Of a DNA stretch of 64,000 bases, positions 50,101-60,100 are shown piece after piece. Made by a program: the position numbers and the translations under genes. The first letter of the stretch is position 1, and each line of letters starts with the position of its first letter. Source of the stretch: a virus; the IMG/VR virus record IMGVR_UViG_3300032296_001209, positions 1-64,000 of that record; one strand, 5' to 3'. The notes beneath the pieces were generated by a model. The model ran no database searches, was not told the origin of the DNA, and saw only the letters and a list, made by a program, of their open reading frames with translations.

Positions 50101-50545
50101 CGGTAGTATGCTTTGCTTGAAATTCTATATCATTACTTAATTCTGTTGCTTTCTCTAATTGAGAACTAACAATACCAGCTTTCTTTCTTACTTGCTCTAG
50201 TCTTTCTGGACTTAACTCTTTTACAGCAAGGTATTTTTCTACAACAGTAACATCTTCAAAGCTATCTCTAAGATCTAAAACATCATCAGTACTAATTTGA
50301 TTATCTCTAAGATGCTTACGAACATTAGGATTTTTGTTAACAATAGTAGCAACTATTCTTGGAAGTAACTGTATATAGGTTAATCCTAAACTAGGATCAT
50401 TACTGGCAGCAACTACTTGCTCATAAAATTGATTAACGTAATCTTTTAAATTATAAGGTGTTTTGTTATCTGTAATTACAGATAAATCTTTAAAAACTTT
50501 AGCATAAAACTGCTGCTGTTGTAATGCGGATAGTGAGCAATTCAT
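41102..50545 (-). CDS. crAss-like virion RNA polymerase (two-barrel) with zincin domain
   Basis: RIP.Q and GGDFDIDK (44222-44236), EGDGQG, HEAWH (48440-48454); 3147 aa. Confidence 0.9.
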   Translation of the reverse strand: MNCSLSALQQQQFYAKVFKDLSVITDNKTPYNLKDYVNQFYEQVVAASNDPSLGLTYIQLLPRIVATIVNKNPNVRKHLRDNQISTDDVLDLRDSFEDVTVVEKYLAVKELSPERLEQVRKKAGIVSSQLEKATELSNDIEFQAKHTTGLVTTGQEEEVNDEGELIGEADPDPEKIATYAFMRSILDRLSKQNLNSAEQIEITASNGTKIKGIYMIPTDIITSRGSRITQLSFATLTKDGYKKIFVNSRGYITNIEGQDEAEGAIIPVTDFITPNTNKGKREFIFIESGETSLAPIDELVERTIARAAKAGVEIPDADVLRKQLEDQRTKEVQLVDKFIKTFIGNKTLALPLNIVGGRSGFNLLSDTPVKLTEVSNVTSDTISNIEFDNFGKTYLKLDKFGDLVQIFPNKTSAELAKNLAKLIVDPKVSTAVKFGILENIYNINDGTFNISYDNTTKKPLLSIYSDKDVIYDSENPDLADEDFIAEQLATAYINISKDNIDGKIDVPNYKSGKFAKSKVNYNDFVRQNTVVFTVLRNDGTIKTFNPSLQYEFTVEALEEMYPTEKKQEVPAEEETKETKPKAKVKAKPKTVIKNQNVNTTPSGFKGTFDMDLINDINNSLKRAGFKTVNTTPEEIKKIKDWYGSLEVMVDGEKVKLSTMIPVNEAIALTNSDALGLFSSSGITLFTKAGKKDYTTLYHEAWHAFSQLLLTQDQKQSLYNSVRKGVKYLANATDKQVEEYLAEDFRGYVLSDGKKILVKPNESIFQKLWRIVKAFFTGQTDIVDPTVVPLVKELYDNLRLGNLFEYAYSVENMQFGNLYRGIDPLNEEEPSISLSDSRLINESVDGAFSEIINATGLNVSAIYSDKRALDFLYKNTKQYFQDILTDTIARVENDPDGADTVDRNNIRILEYAINNFGELDNVISGKEKSGVIAYHRQKSKYLAFEAKVLEAEEDKSDPSIDSFDRTGNDKSLKELASKQALYMVKSLYQVKANGEPIKNRLGFNKLVEFGKAWSTISKTLINSNSFDEIYTKLIGLQESFPEVAQLIAKLGDPSQSQINNANFKRWLGFAQTFNKTVTPIIEHRLSTSIEEEEGKPSSTKVSTYIQRATSDTTKIINTFNSKFLVSKSKYVIRKKGSTPILNIDKVLEDFSLINKYNVFDFLKAIGFYLDNNPTLRAALENAVVDRKSKETHIAFDYLIEALEKAKENKTIITNPIKFFRDPKQGNQAGYVSKLLTLQARYTSSDFSTGIMNPEGNMEYETSLRNSLSQIIDGLNKLEFMDQMLQDPEFQYLSVYHPNNNPYAKHSYIINSLFDANGNRRKDVILSLENLSGIRRDFNGITVEGIKTNKLNKYDKFMFDVHAIILGKTPELPRHASKSSSYGVGMNKYYGESGVDNLILPIKDVARYGHDSAMPIILNYLSAELERIWYIKNIPSLQNVDSFKKNGTKIMAFDSVLSGPTKAKLYELVDNADSIDDIVYSEELEKAIKKDSGKYFDNQIKTNYKIWTQISAVTGSVLLSPEIRNKIAEETRIGKGLDKTNIYAINPQDQLELVNEVYTYNSWFNNFETQLFYGDASQFKHDKEEFPKRNAAIASTGDFSILDKYTIDYLNNTSNNTYAEKEGLPKLRFDSAVKTTVLDDVEPESVYYSHYKQLLTSLGVSEDRAEKILKPYKKITEGDGQGWITFDFYRNFLRSLNKWSDIQEDLYNQIINDPASVDPRKASEFFPVLKASYYGPLKTEKLNVSGLHKFSLMPLIPSVIKDTNLEQFHKQLLEQGISYALYKSGSKISNITLEDGTIPNMYTDATKRTLYSGEYPINGINLNFFKNQLDIAPYFKGKVTLSSQLRTIIETNLYANGKPLKKEYKPIVERYEKAIDNYVKFYKQKLFKEVGLEFSADGKLIKGDPKDLIKAIQKELVRLEVPEHQMDILDVNEDGSLKYDFDSIINSNAIEKQLVAIIERKIVRPTVRGEQLVQVSSSGFENPKFSNPSKEDLLKYGTNGLAFYDIVDGKITPMQVKIALQGDFLKLLTTIHTDGKPVNTLARLNEMLKDTLWQSINGETIKMIGVRIPVQGLNSIEYMEVGEFLPPEAGSIVIVPTELVAKSGGDFDIDKLSILMPNIGIAKDTTTDSEYKSLLDDLFSKEAMMTTDDTTIRGIENEIIKSMIGIMEIKENFVQLITPNETDIVKPIADELAKYNREYDPRAKAEFQSSEFIISPTRMFETQNNLYKHESNNIGKLTLGIGAVSNKYSVLLNRVGAYLNKTYTFLDSKGKTRTAKNRILFKHNKTEDGKISLSDLNSKDSAVYISDVISQLMNGWVDVEKDSWVFDMNAIYELTPTLLYMLQAGVDVETASYFLSQPLIRDYISAYRVLNGMYTKSLDASGDSAKGPGFLKFKAKQYVINKYGLFDPEHKLELKKKIKDPFLLKQLYNANTMKNPLASKKSLTAAVDIMTKAYNVYAISNENIKKVVQNGEKRSPLAMLSFIHFLEVEDQAQVMREISSSTNVDTKKSGNLFQAKSRLSKLEQLEEGNRLPQEITTRMENQSSIAPFFIQDYILNVFKDYFPLRASDTINTYLTDIINNNYNIIREEYKDVESFVDLFRNDLLQFIIQNSIGSVDINTVKDYKGYAVSDSIDVEKVRGLKRSAVYYEGKIYLDRAKLREEYNNKTYSKAEYEETGLAKLPADKRTDVIPLFSSEKQYTAFVLEREYLRATRDKGIFSDDIYEKGLVQDALHNVYNLKSMFFGTNSFPDKFEMVKNAIENKDYSLFDYLVYDSQQIKTPTKNATIKNLRLTGDTKDPDFLEEMNIQFEELSDVNVEKNPDPIINREISEFFNKLSIFGFMQSGMNKSYLSFVPILSSNNFKDIIKENIDKFTKVLESDKGNTALYRYYKKFGEQNSRNNITKYRFKNYVVDNTIEKMGDEVPKLPEGTSSTLTPRVYTYSYGKMRTIGLINKYSGLVGIYSKAKDNTGTNVIASDTYLGNASKVTGTTIGLPIFESFVGKAKYLNAADTANNMKLVEDTVTTLIELYEAGKTLLFNKEGYGILNDDPNIDKPAYMELFKELYYNFGYKNPVFAEDPEFKEYIYSVQPINQVFEEDADSAPDTEDQVVKEKEVTLVDGNIYPASAINSKMLEEMGYDEDTIGEILKEICG

Positions 50546-50549
50546 ATTA

Positions 50550-53500
50550 TTAACAACCTATATTATTAAAGAAATCATTATTTACATCTTTTTCAGACTT
50601 GTTATTAGTCTGATCTTCAAGTTTCTTAGTGGCTTCCTCATTATCTAAGAAGTCATCTATATTCTGTGAGTTAGTCTCAATAATCTTTTTCTCTTCTGCT
50701 GAAGGAGAAGGAACATCTTTAGTACCAACTACTACATTGGACTCTGTATCATATAATGATTTTACCATTTTTGAGAAATCTTTCTTTAAAATTGTAATGC
50801 GTTTATTAGCATCTTTTGCCGGAGTCATACGCTCACCATACAAAGGTACTACAGTTAACTTAGTTGAAGTAACTTTCTCAACCAAACCAAACTTATTATC
50901 CCCAAATACTAATACATCTCCCACTTTAACATTCTCATACTTTACAGACTTACTCAACTCTTGTTTACGAGACTCAATTGCTTTATTAACTGCATCAATA
51001 TTAGCTGGATCTTCAGCCAGTAAATCTAAATCTAGTTCTTCTAGCATAGTATCTAACTCACCAAGTGACTTGGCTTTACTAATTGTATCTAGGATTGGTT
51101 GTAATGGATCAGTAACTACTTCAGCTTCTATAACCGGTTCTTCTTCTACAGGTTCTTCTGTTTTAACAGGTTCAGCTTTAGGTGCTTCTGCTGGTTTTGC
51201 TGGAGCTTTCTTTTCATTAAATGCTTTAACATCTGCAGCATTCTCAGGATCTTTAAAGAACTTAGTAATAATTCTTCTAGCTGAAGCTGTACGTAAGAAT
51301 CTATCTAAAGGTAATTCTGATTCACCATCAGCTTCTCTAGCAGAATTCTGTTGAGTTAATGCAGATCTAATTAAACCTTGTAGCTTAACTGGTAATGTAT
51401 TAAACTGTTTAACTGATTGAATTAAAGGTACACCCTCTTCTTGCTGTATCTCATCTGATACAGCGGGTTGATCTTCTACCACTTCTTCTTCTGTAACTAC
51501 TTCTTCTGCTGGAGCTTCCTCTGTTACTTCTTCAGTTACAATACCATCAAACTCGTTAATAATACTAAAGATAAGTAAAGATCTTGGATCAGTCTTATCA
51601 AACTCTCTATCTGAATTAAAATCTATAAATACAACATCTAGATCATTAATAATAGTTTTTACAAACTCATCATAATCTTTACTTACATCTTTAGGTAAAG
51701 AAGATAGTTTTATACCATAACCTCTATCAGCTAGATACTGAATAAAATCTCTAACCTTTACAGCATTAATAAAAGACTTTCTAGCATTTTGCATATAAGC
51801 AACTTGCTTTTCTTGTCTATATTTTTGTTGTTCTACAAGTCTATTTACATAATCATAGAAACTCTGTGGATCATATAATGAATTCAGATTCTCTGTAAAT
51901 ATATTTACATCATCTGATAATGAATAGTAATCAGTTATTATATTATAAGCTTCCGCAGCTTCAGTTTTAGAGATAGTTGTACCTGCCTCTTGTGCTAAAG
52001 TATTAAAGTATTTAATAAAAGCATCTCTTAAAAATCTTTTATTTTTTAATTGTTCAGAATCAGATACATCTCCAACTTTCTCAAGATTTGTTTTATATAA
52101 CTCTAATGCTTTCTTCTTAGCTTTTTTATAATTAAGAATCTTTAAAGTTTCTTTATCTGTAGAACCGGTTAATGATTTGATTTCACTATCTAATAAATCT
52201 AACTCTTGTTCAAGATTGTTAGAATTTAATAAGGGTGTAATATCTGAGTATGTTAATTTACCAATTGTACCAATAGCTGTAAGTCTATCAGTAAGCTCAC
52301 CCATTCTTTTCTGGGCTTGCTCTCTACCATGTAAACTAAATACAGCAACCTTTCTTGCTTCTTCAAATGCTTTATAGTTTATTACTTCTTTAACATAAGC
52401 ATCTTTAGTTTCAGGATCTGATAGATTAGTTCTTCTAAATCTATTAGGATTAAAAGGATTTTTATAATCTGAGAATTCTTTATACTGCTCTTTAACTTGT
52501 TTAGCTCTTTCAATACTAACATCTAATACCTTTAAAGCATCTTCATCAGTTACATCTTCAGTTAAATCAAAGGCCTCTTTTAATTCAGAACCCTTCATAT
52601 CTTTTAGATTCTCTAGCTTTTGTATTAAGAGATCAAATTTACCAGATTCTAATGCTGTATAAATACTATTAAACCGTGCCATATCTTTTAGATCATGAAA
52701 AACTTTCTCATCAAAGTTCTTCCTAGCCTCTACCATGTCTGTACCTAATCTAACTTGCGTTAGTAGATTTTCCATATCTAAAGTTAAAACCTTCTGACCA
52801 TTCTTAATAGCATCATCTAATTCAGTAACTATACTTTTAAATCTTTCTTGTTCTGCTTTATATAATTGATTATACTTTTCAGGATCATTTTTAATGTAGT
52901 TATAATAAACATTAGAACCCGCTCTTCTTGATACATTAGCTAAATTACCAGCAATACCGGTAAGACCACCCATCAAAAATCCTGACGCAAATACTTCAAG
53001 ACCTTGCATAGAAGCTTGTCTCTTAGTATTCTCATAGGCATCAGCCAAGTAAATCATAATACCACCAGCTTCTGGGGTATCATATAATCTATCATAATAG
53101 TTCTTAGAAGCACCAGCCACAACCTCTTGAGAAATTTCCTGAATACCTTCAGATAAGTTTCTCTTAAAGTATTGGGCTCCAAAGCTTAAATACTCTTTAG
53201 GTTTTAATAATTTCTTAGCTGCTTCTTTTGCAGTTAAAACTGTAGCACCTTCTGTACTAGCAATAATCTTTTCTCCAGTTAATGCTGATCTAGCAATAAC
53301 ATCATTTGTTGGAGCATTTAGCATTGCTGCTTTACCCTTAAATAAGTTATTAAAGGTGATAGCATTTGTAAGATATATAAGCGGTGTGTTAATAGCACTA
53401 GTGGTAAAACCAGCATCACCAGCTAAACTATATATCCGGTTCATCTCTTCCTGTTCTGGATAGTATCCGTTCTCAGAAACAAACTGATTTATCTTATCAT

Positions 53501-54539
53501 CAATAAATTCATTCTTAACAGCACCACCTTCCATAGAAGCTTCAGCAACTGTATAACCAACTTGCTTAAGATCTAATATAAAATCACCAACGTTTCTTAC
53601 AGCATTAGCATAACCAATTACATTATCTCCAGCATTTACTGTATTCCTAATATTTGTTAAAGTTCTTGGTACAAGCGCTTCTGCAACACTTGTAACTCCT
53701 TGACCCAGCTTGGTAGCATTTAAACCTTTAATAGAGCTATAAGCTTCCCTTGCACCATTAGCGGTGAATAACTTACGCATGTTAGCTAAGTCTTTAGCAG
53801 CTTTAACTGTCTTAGCAGAACTAGCTGCTAGAGCTGCTGGTAAAGTAGCGCCTTCGGTTAATGCTACACTACCTGCAATTACAGCTTCAGTTAATAAATA
53901 GTCTCCAACAATACCTGCTACAAATCCAGATTGCAATAATAAATTAGAGGCAAACTGTGTAGCACCACCTTTAGTACTACCATACTCAGCCATAATTTTA
54001 GCAAACTCATCCGCAGCTACTTCATCTGTCATTGAGAAATCACCGGTGAGCATCTCACCCATTCCTCTGTAGCTAGACTTAACTACAGATAAACCTAGTG
54101 CCGGTACTCCTAATAAGCCTCTACCAAGATCCTCATACCAAGATCTATTTTGATTATAGATCTCATCGTTATTAGCTAAAGGATCAAAACCTAATTTATA
54201 GAAGTTATCATTATCACTATAGTATCTATTAAAGTTAGTTTTCTGATATCCGGATTGAAAAGTTTTAATTTTAGACTTTTCAAAGACAATATCAGATTCA
54301 GTAATAGGAGATCTTAAAACATCCTTAGTAATATCAAAAGGATTATTCTTATTATAATTTACTTCAAATCCTCCAGTAGGAACTGCTGGTATACTTACAT
54401 CTTCATTATAAGGAACTAATGGTGCACCGGGTGGTAATGAATTCATACCATCTACAAATACCATATCTGGTCCTTGTAATGAATTAGGTATACCGGTTTC
54501 TATACCTGGAGGTGGTAAAATGTTTTCAAAATCTGCCAT
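50550..54539 (-). CDS. giant ejected virion protein
   Basis: 1329 aa; Gly/Ala-rich membrane-active segments; upstream of the vRNAP gene. Confidence 0.7.
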   Translation of the reverse strand: MADFENILPPPGIETGIPNSLQGPDMVFVDGMNSLPPGAPLVPYNEDVSIPAVPTGGFEVNYNKNNPFDITKDVLRSPITESDIVFEKSKIKTFQSGYQKTNFNRYYSDNDNFYKLGFDPLANNDEIYNQNRSWYEDLGRGLLGVPALGLSVVKSSYRGMGEMLTGDFSMTDEVAADEFAKIMAEYGSTKGGATQFASNLLLQSGFVAGIVGDYLLTEAVIAGSVALTEGATLPAALAASSAKTVKAAKDLANMRKLFTANGAREAYSSIKGLNATKLGQGVTSVAEALVPRTLTNIRNTVNAGDNVIGYANAVRNVGDFILDLKQVGYTVAEASMEGGAVKNEFIDDKINQFVSENGYYPEQEEMNRIYSLAGDAGFTTSAINTPLIYLTNAITFNNLFKGKAAMLNAPTNDVIARSALTGEKIIASTEGATVLTAKEAAKKLLKPKEYLSFGAQYFKRNLSEGIQEISQEVVAGASKNYYDRLYDTPEAGGIMIYLADAYENTKRQASMQGLEVFASGFLMGGLTGIAGNLANVSRRAGSNVYYNYIKNDPEKYNQLYKAEQERFKSIVTELDDAIKNGQKVLTLDMENLLTQVRLGTDMVEARKNFDEKVFHDLKDMARFNSIYTALESGKFDLLIQKLENLKDMKGSELKEAFDLTEDVTDEDALKVLDVSIERAKQVKEQYKEFSDYKNPFNPNRFRRTNLSDPETKDAYVKEVINYKAFEEARKVAVFSLHGREQAQKRMGELTDRLTAIGTIGKLTYSDITPLLNSNNLEQELDLLDSEIKSLTGSTDKETLKILNYKKAKKKALELYKTNLEKVGDVSDSEQLKNKRFLRDAFIKYFNTLAQEAGTTISKTEAAEAYNIITDYYSLSDDVNIFTENLNSLYDPQSFYDYVNRLVEQQKYRQEKQVAYMQNARKSFINAVKVRDFIQYLADRGYGIKLSSLPKDVSKDYDEFVKTIINDLDVVFIDFNSDREFDKTDPRSLLIFSIINEFDGIVTEEVTEEAPAEEVVTEEEVVEDQPAVSDEIQQEEGVPLIQSVKQFNTLPVKLQGLIRSALTQQNSAREADGESELPLDRFLRTASARRIITKFFKDPENAADVKAFNEKKAPAKPAEAPKAEPVKTEEPVEEEPVIEAEVVTDPLQPILDTISKAKSLGELDTMLEELDLDLLAEDPANIDAVNKAIESRKQELSKSVKYENVKVGDVLVFGDNKFGLVEKVTSTKLTVVPLYGERMTPAKDANKRITILKKDFSKMVKSLYDTESNVVVGTKDVPSPSAEEKKIIETNSQNIDDFLDNEEATKKLEDQTNNKSEKDVNNDFFNNIGC

Positions 54540-54547
54540 TATAATTA

Positions 54548-57115
54548 TTATTCAGTAATCTGATCAAACCTACTAAGGAGATTATTAAAGTATATAGAAT
54601 TCATATTATCCTGAATAAAAGGATCTATTCTTCCAGTTGCTGAATTAAATGCTGTTCCTGATGCAGAAATACTACCGTCATTATTCTGAGTAAATGTAAT
54701 ATCAATATTACTAATAGGATTCTTATATCTATAAGAACCACTGTTATTTAAAATCATTTGCCTATCAGATGTCTCTAATCTAGTAGCAATAGGATTTGTA
54801 ACTATCTCTCTTGGAATAACTGCTGTAATACCTCTAGCAATAATTTTATTATATTGATCTACGCTAATAATACCAGATTCTTTTAAAGCTTTTAATTCTT
54901 TATCAGCAGAGCTAGGTCTTACAGTTAATGAATGATAACTATTATTACCTAAAGCTCTTCCTGCATAATCATATGCAATAGCTGTTTTATCTACAGCCAT
55001 CTTAGAACGCAAGTTATTAAAGTAAGCTTTCAATGCAGGTAATGATTCCATATCTGCAAATATGCCTTGACTCTGTTCTGTAATATCAGCAGCGTTACCA
55101 GCTCCTACTTTAACTATTGGATTATTTACATCATTCATAACACCAATAAATCCAATGGTGGTTGGTGACATAAACTTCTTAGGATCTGCAACACCGGTTA
55201 CATAGTTAGAAATATACTGACCATCTCCTCCTGCACCTACAGGTCTGTACCCTGCTTTATTCTGAGCTAGATTTACATATTTAGCTTTATACTCTTCAGA
55301 AACATCCGCATAGTTCTCAGCAAAATTTTCAAATGACATAGGATAACCAGAACTAGTTAATACTTTATATGCAGAATTAACATCTCTTAATGATCCTTCT
55401 TTGCTAAACATAGCTCCTAAAATATTTGGATTAAACTCATTGCTAGCAATCATATTACTAACTACTACTTTATTATTACTCGCTACTACAGAAGAATTAG
55501 TATAAGCTAATTGCTTTCTATCATTTACAGCAATTAATAAAGGCGCCATTTTATTACTCAAGTTAGGATCAGCAGCTAACATATTCTCTATTCTTTGCTG
55601 AATCTTATTAAGTCCACTCAAACCAATTTTACCTTGTTTAAGTGCAGTCATATTAAATCCAGCACCAGATACTGCAGACTCAATAGCACTCTGTAACTTA
55701 GGATCATTAGTATTATAAATACTTTGTGCTAGTGCAGAAACACTTTTTGAGTATTGTTGCCAGCTAGTATTAAACTCTTGTCTATCTGCAGCAAGTGGAT
55801 CACCAGAAACACCAGCTTGATAGCTTGTAGAACCTGCCATAAATTGATCTTGTGCACCGGCTGCCATTGCCATCTTCTCTCTTTCAAAATCTTGTCTAAT
55901 CTTTTCTTTCTTTGTCCAAGTAGAAAACTCTAAACTATTTTTAAATGCTTCAAGTCTATAAGGATCAGCCTCTCTTTTAACAGAGTAATTTTTATAGGCT
56001 TCTGTTTCAGAAGCTTTAGCTAATTGATCAGAAATAAAACTTGTAGCTTTAGAAGCTTGAAAAGCTCTACCTAATAAATCTACATCTTGTGTTTCAACAG
56101 CTGTAGTAATCTGTTTGATTCTATCTTCTAGATTAGTAACTATTTGATCACCAGTAGCTTTTTCTTTTGCTAATGCCTGATACTGCGCTTGCTCTTTTTG
56201 AGAGAGTCTATCACCCCTATTTATTCTAGACTCATATACGCTTAACTTACTAGATGTTTCAGATACACTTTCTTTAATATCTTCTAATCTAGACATATCA
56301 TTTTCTAAAGCTACGTCAGCATTATTAATATAATACTCTTGCTTAGCAGCATTAATATCACCGTTATATTTTTGATTTGCTAATGCAGTTATATCATTCA
56401 TTGATCTAACATATGCATCTTCCTGAGCATAAGCTCTAACGTTAGGATCAGCTCCTAATGCCATACTTAAATACTGCCTGATTACATTTATAGACTTTGG
56501 CCCACCAGTAGTAGTAATATTATATCCACCTTTTAGTTCTTCAACAGATATGTTTTTAAAATCATCACCAATTAATTCATGAGCCATCTTTGCAATATTT
56601 ACAGCTGGCACATACTTAGGTAAAGGCATTTTATATGCTTTATCTTGAGGTGCTGTTCTAAATTCCATCTGTTTATACTCTAGCGCTTGTACTCCAACTG
56701 GAGACCATTTGGCTTGTGTTTCTTCATCACCGGCAATCCTATATGCTTCTGCTTCAGTTTCACCTTGCCTTTTAGCTTTAGTAAACATGATATCATACTG
56801 CATCTTCTTGTCATCTACAAAAGGTTGAAATACCTGTTGTGCTAATTGTACATTAGCTGGATCTGAAAGATCTAAAGATGTAATTTGTTGAATAGCTTTC
56901 TCAGAGTTCTTCAAGAAGTTATCTCTTGCTTCTCTATTATCATCTCTTGTAAGATCAGCATATACAATACTACCATATGCACCACTTAATTTATTAAGTG
57001 CGCTATCATACCTAGCCTGTCTTGTTGCTAAAACCGTATTAAGAAAATCAAAATTGGGTTTATAAGGCTCAGCCTTTGGTATATAATCGGTAAGACCTTG
57101 AATGTAACTAGCCAT
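54548..57115 (-). CDS. putative virion cargo/ejection protein
   Basis: 855 aa, Cys-free, helical; synteny with the ejection genes. Confidence 0.6.
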   Translation of the reverse strand: MASYIQGLTDYIPKAEPYKPNFDFLNTVLATRQARYDSALNKLSGAYGSIVYADLTRDDNREARDNFLKNSEKAIQQITSLDLSDPANVQLAQQVFQPFVDDKKMQYDIMFTKAKRQGETEAEAYRIAGDEETQAKWSPVGVQALEYKQMEFRTAPQDKAYKMPLPKYVPAVNIAKMAHELIGDDFKNISVEELKGGYNITTTGGPKSINVIRQYLSMALGADPNVRAYAQEDAYVRSMNDITALANQKYNGDINAAKQEYYINNADVALENDMSRLEDIKESVSETSSKLSVYESRINRGDRLSQKEQAQYQALAKEKATGDQIVTNLEDRIKQITTAVETQDVDLLGRAFQASKATSFISDQLAKASETEAYKNYSVKREADPYRLEAFKNSLEFSTWTKKEKIRQDFEREKMAMAAGAQDQFMAGSTSYQAGVSGDPLAADRQEFNTSWQQYSKSVSALAQSIYNTNDPKLQSAIESAVSGAGFNMTALKQGKIGLSGLNKIQQRIENMLAADPNLSNKMAPLLIAVNDRKQLAYTNSSVVASNNKVVVSNMIASNEFNPNILGAMFSKEGSLRDVNSAYKVLTSSGYPMSFENFAENYADVSEEYKAKYVNLAQNKAGYRPVGAGGDGQYISNYVTGVADPKKFMSPTTIGFIGVMNDVNNPIVKVGAGNAADITEQSQGIFADMESLPALKAYFNNLRSKMAVDKTAIAYDYAGRALGNNSYHSLTVRPSSADKELKALKESGIISVDQYNKIIARGITAVIPREIVTNPIATRLETSDRQMILNNSGSYRYKNPISNIDITFTQNNDGSISASGTAFNSATGRIDPFIQDNMNSIYFNNLLSRFDQITE

Positions 57116-57135
57116 TATCTATATTATAAATATAA

Positions 57136-57143
57136 CAAATATA
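57136..57143 (-). promoter_or_regulatory. TAnnTTTG box
   Basis: TATATTTG on the minus strand in the intergenic gap upstream of 57115. Confidence 0.5.
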
Positions 57144-57169
57144 AAGTTAAACTATTAAACCTCTAATAT

Positions 57170-60100
57170 TTAAGAGCCCTTAGTTTTCCTTCTGTTAGAC
57201 ATTGCAGATTGTGCTGCTAAAATATTACCACGCTCATCTACATCTATATCTCCGAATATACTTTTAACCATAGCAGCCTGAACTGTAGGATTCTTAGTAT
57301 CAATTCCCATTTCAGTTAAGTATTTTGCTAAATCTTTACCCTTTTGTCCAGGTGGAAGTTTTTGAGCTGGTGTATAATAAGTTTTAAGAGCAGCAGGATC
57401 AACAAAGAAATTAGGATATAAACTGTTCATTTGATCTGTTATAAATCTATTTTCTAATGCAGCATTTACATAATCAACAGCCTCTCTTCTACCAGCTCTT
57501 CTAGCATTATCATATTGCTGATTAGTAGCAACAGTCTTATCATAGAAGTCATTAGCAGCTAATTGATTTCTAAAGTTAGCTTCATTGATTAATTGCTTAT
57601 TAGCTTGCTCAAACTGATTAGCTACACCAACATTTAAGTTATTATATCTACCTAAGATATTAGCAGCATTAGCTAAACCTTTACCTTGTACTTCAGAGAA
57701 CCTTGTATTGAAAGCTTGTGGTCCAGTAAACTGAGCCAAGTTTGCACCAGCAATATTAGCCATCTCAGCATTTGCTGCTAACTCTCTATTAGGATCATAG
57801 AATGTAGGCTCCATAGGCTCTGCAGTAAACTGTGCCATTCTAGGATAGTATCTATTGATACTAGCTAAGTCACCAACAGCAGCTGCAGTATTTAATACAT
57901 CTTGAGGATAGAAACCAATAGGTGGTCTTTTTGGAACCGGTGGAGGATTTAATTGTCCTGGCTCAAGAGGATCTCTTGGGGTATTTGGAGTATTTGGAGT
58001 CTCTGGAGTTTCATCATCAAAATAGTTTGGAACAGAATAAGTTACTCTACCAAATTTTACATCTCTTTGATAAGGATCTTTACTATTAGGATCTTTTGGT
58101 TTAAAGTAAGCTTTACCTGTGGCTTTAATAGATTTTTCATTAACCTTATCTTGGAACCATCCTGCAGCTTTATTACCAACAGTTTCTAAATTTTTTAATC
58201 TATCTGGATCATTGTCTACAGTTTCTAAATCTTGTTTAAATTTATTAAATCCTCCTGGATATTCTTTTTCAATCCAATCACCATGTCTGTCTTGAAAATC
58301 TTTCCACTCTGCAGAACTTAAAGTTCCTTCAGTTCTAGCTGAAGCTTCAGCACTTGGTAAATAAATACCTGTATTTTTTACACGAGGTTGATTAGCAAAC
58401 TGTCCTGCAGGAATTCTGGTATAGATAACTTTATTACCTTTTCTAACTCTCTCATCAATTGCAGTTCCAATTTCTGGAGAACCATATTGTGTAAACTTTG
58501 TATCTTCTGCGGTTCTGACTTTTCTAGTTCCTGGTATTTCATTACCTGCCTCATCAACAAGATATTTCTGATCACCTTCATAATACAAATAAGCTTTCTT
58601 TCCTGTTGTTTTACTAGTTCTTTCTTCAATAAAAACTTTAGCATATGGATTTGGCTTTGCTACTTCTTGAGGAGTTTCTCCTGCAGTTTGATACTGTGGA
58701 ATATTACCACCATATTCATAATCGCCCCATTCTGAACTTACAGGATCTGTACTGGGTTTAGCTACATTAACTTTAGGCTTTGGTGTTTGAGCAGCAGGTT
58801 TAACTTTTTGTGTTACAACCGGTTGTTTAACTGGTGCTGGGGCAATGGTATCTACTTGTTGTTTAGCAAACGGTTGATTAAGAGTATTTAAAAACTCTTG
58901 TCTTCCTTTATCTACTCTTTCAATGTAAGATGGAATACCACTAGATTTAATAACTAAATCAATTGCAGCTTCTGGATTATTAAATGTATAATCTTGAAAT
59001 CTCTGAGGAGACATATTTTGTGAAGATACGCTATATGGTGCAGCTTGCATATTAGCTGTAGGTTTAACTTGCCATCTACCATCTTTATATTCTATATCCT
59101 GAGCTGTATATGGTGTTGTTCTATTAACTGGAACATTTGGTGTTGCTCTCTGAGTAATTCCAGTATTTGGATTACCAGCGTAGTAATTTCTTTTTAATTT
59201 TTCAAACTCTGCCATACCATCCATTCTACTAATACCATTTTGAGCTTTAGGAATACCACCATACATAGCCATTGCCATACCTTCTTCAGGAGATGGTGGT
59301 AAGAACTGTGCTGGATCTAATCCTACTTTATCCATATATGGTACAGCAATTTGTGGAACACCTTGAGGAAATCCTTTCTGTGATTCTTGTACAAGAGCTA
59401 ACTTACCTAAGTTAGAGATATAGTTATCAGCCATCATAACAGCTGTCTTTTTACGTAAGGGATCGGTCTCAGAATATAAGCCTTCACGCAACTCTTTATT
59501 ATTAAGATCAAACTTCTTAGAAATTTTAGCTGGAGTATAACCACCTTTCTTAGCAGCAAACCCAAAAGATTCTAATATAGCGGGATCTTTAATCTTCATA
59601 GCCTTTGTATCTGAATAAATAAAACTATCTGGAGTAGCTTTATCTCCAGCTAATGGAGTACCACCTTCTGAGTGACGCTTACCACCAATCTTAAAGAACT
59701 CAGGAATTGTACTATTAGTACCTTTACGTACTAGAGTCTCTCCCTTCTCTGCTTCTAATACAGAGATAGATCTAGGATCCGGTCCTAATGTCTGACCATA
59801 TTGTTCTTGTGGTTCACCTTCAGTAGCACCATTAAACATGTTCATCATGTAAGCTGAGTTACCATATAACTGATTAACAGCTTTAGCATCTTGAGTACCA
59901 CCATATCCAGCTTGTGGTAAACTTGTAATTTTTACTTTTCTTTTCATTTCTCCACCCATTTGGGCCTCTTTATTATAACCTTTAATTATAGCTTCATCCG
60001 GTCTAAAGTCTAAACCAAAACCAGGAGTATTAGTTAAGTAATCTCCTCTATTACCAGAGTAATCTTCCGGTCTAACATTATATAAGTTATCAGCTAAAAA

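Noticed and set aside
22459-50545. Introns or inteins in PolB or the vRNAP
   Set aside because: ORFs are continuous, motif spacing is normal, and no intein splice motifs were seen.
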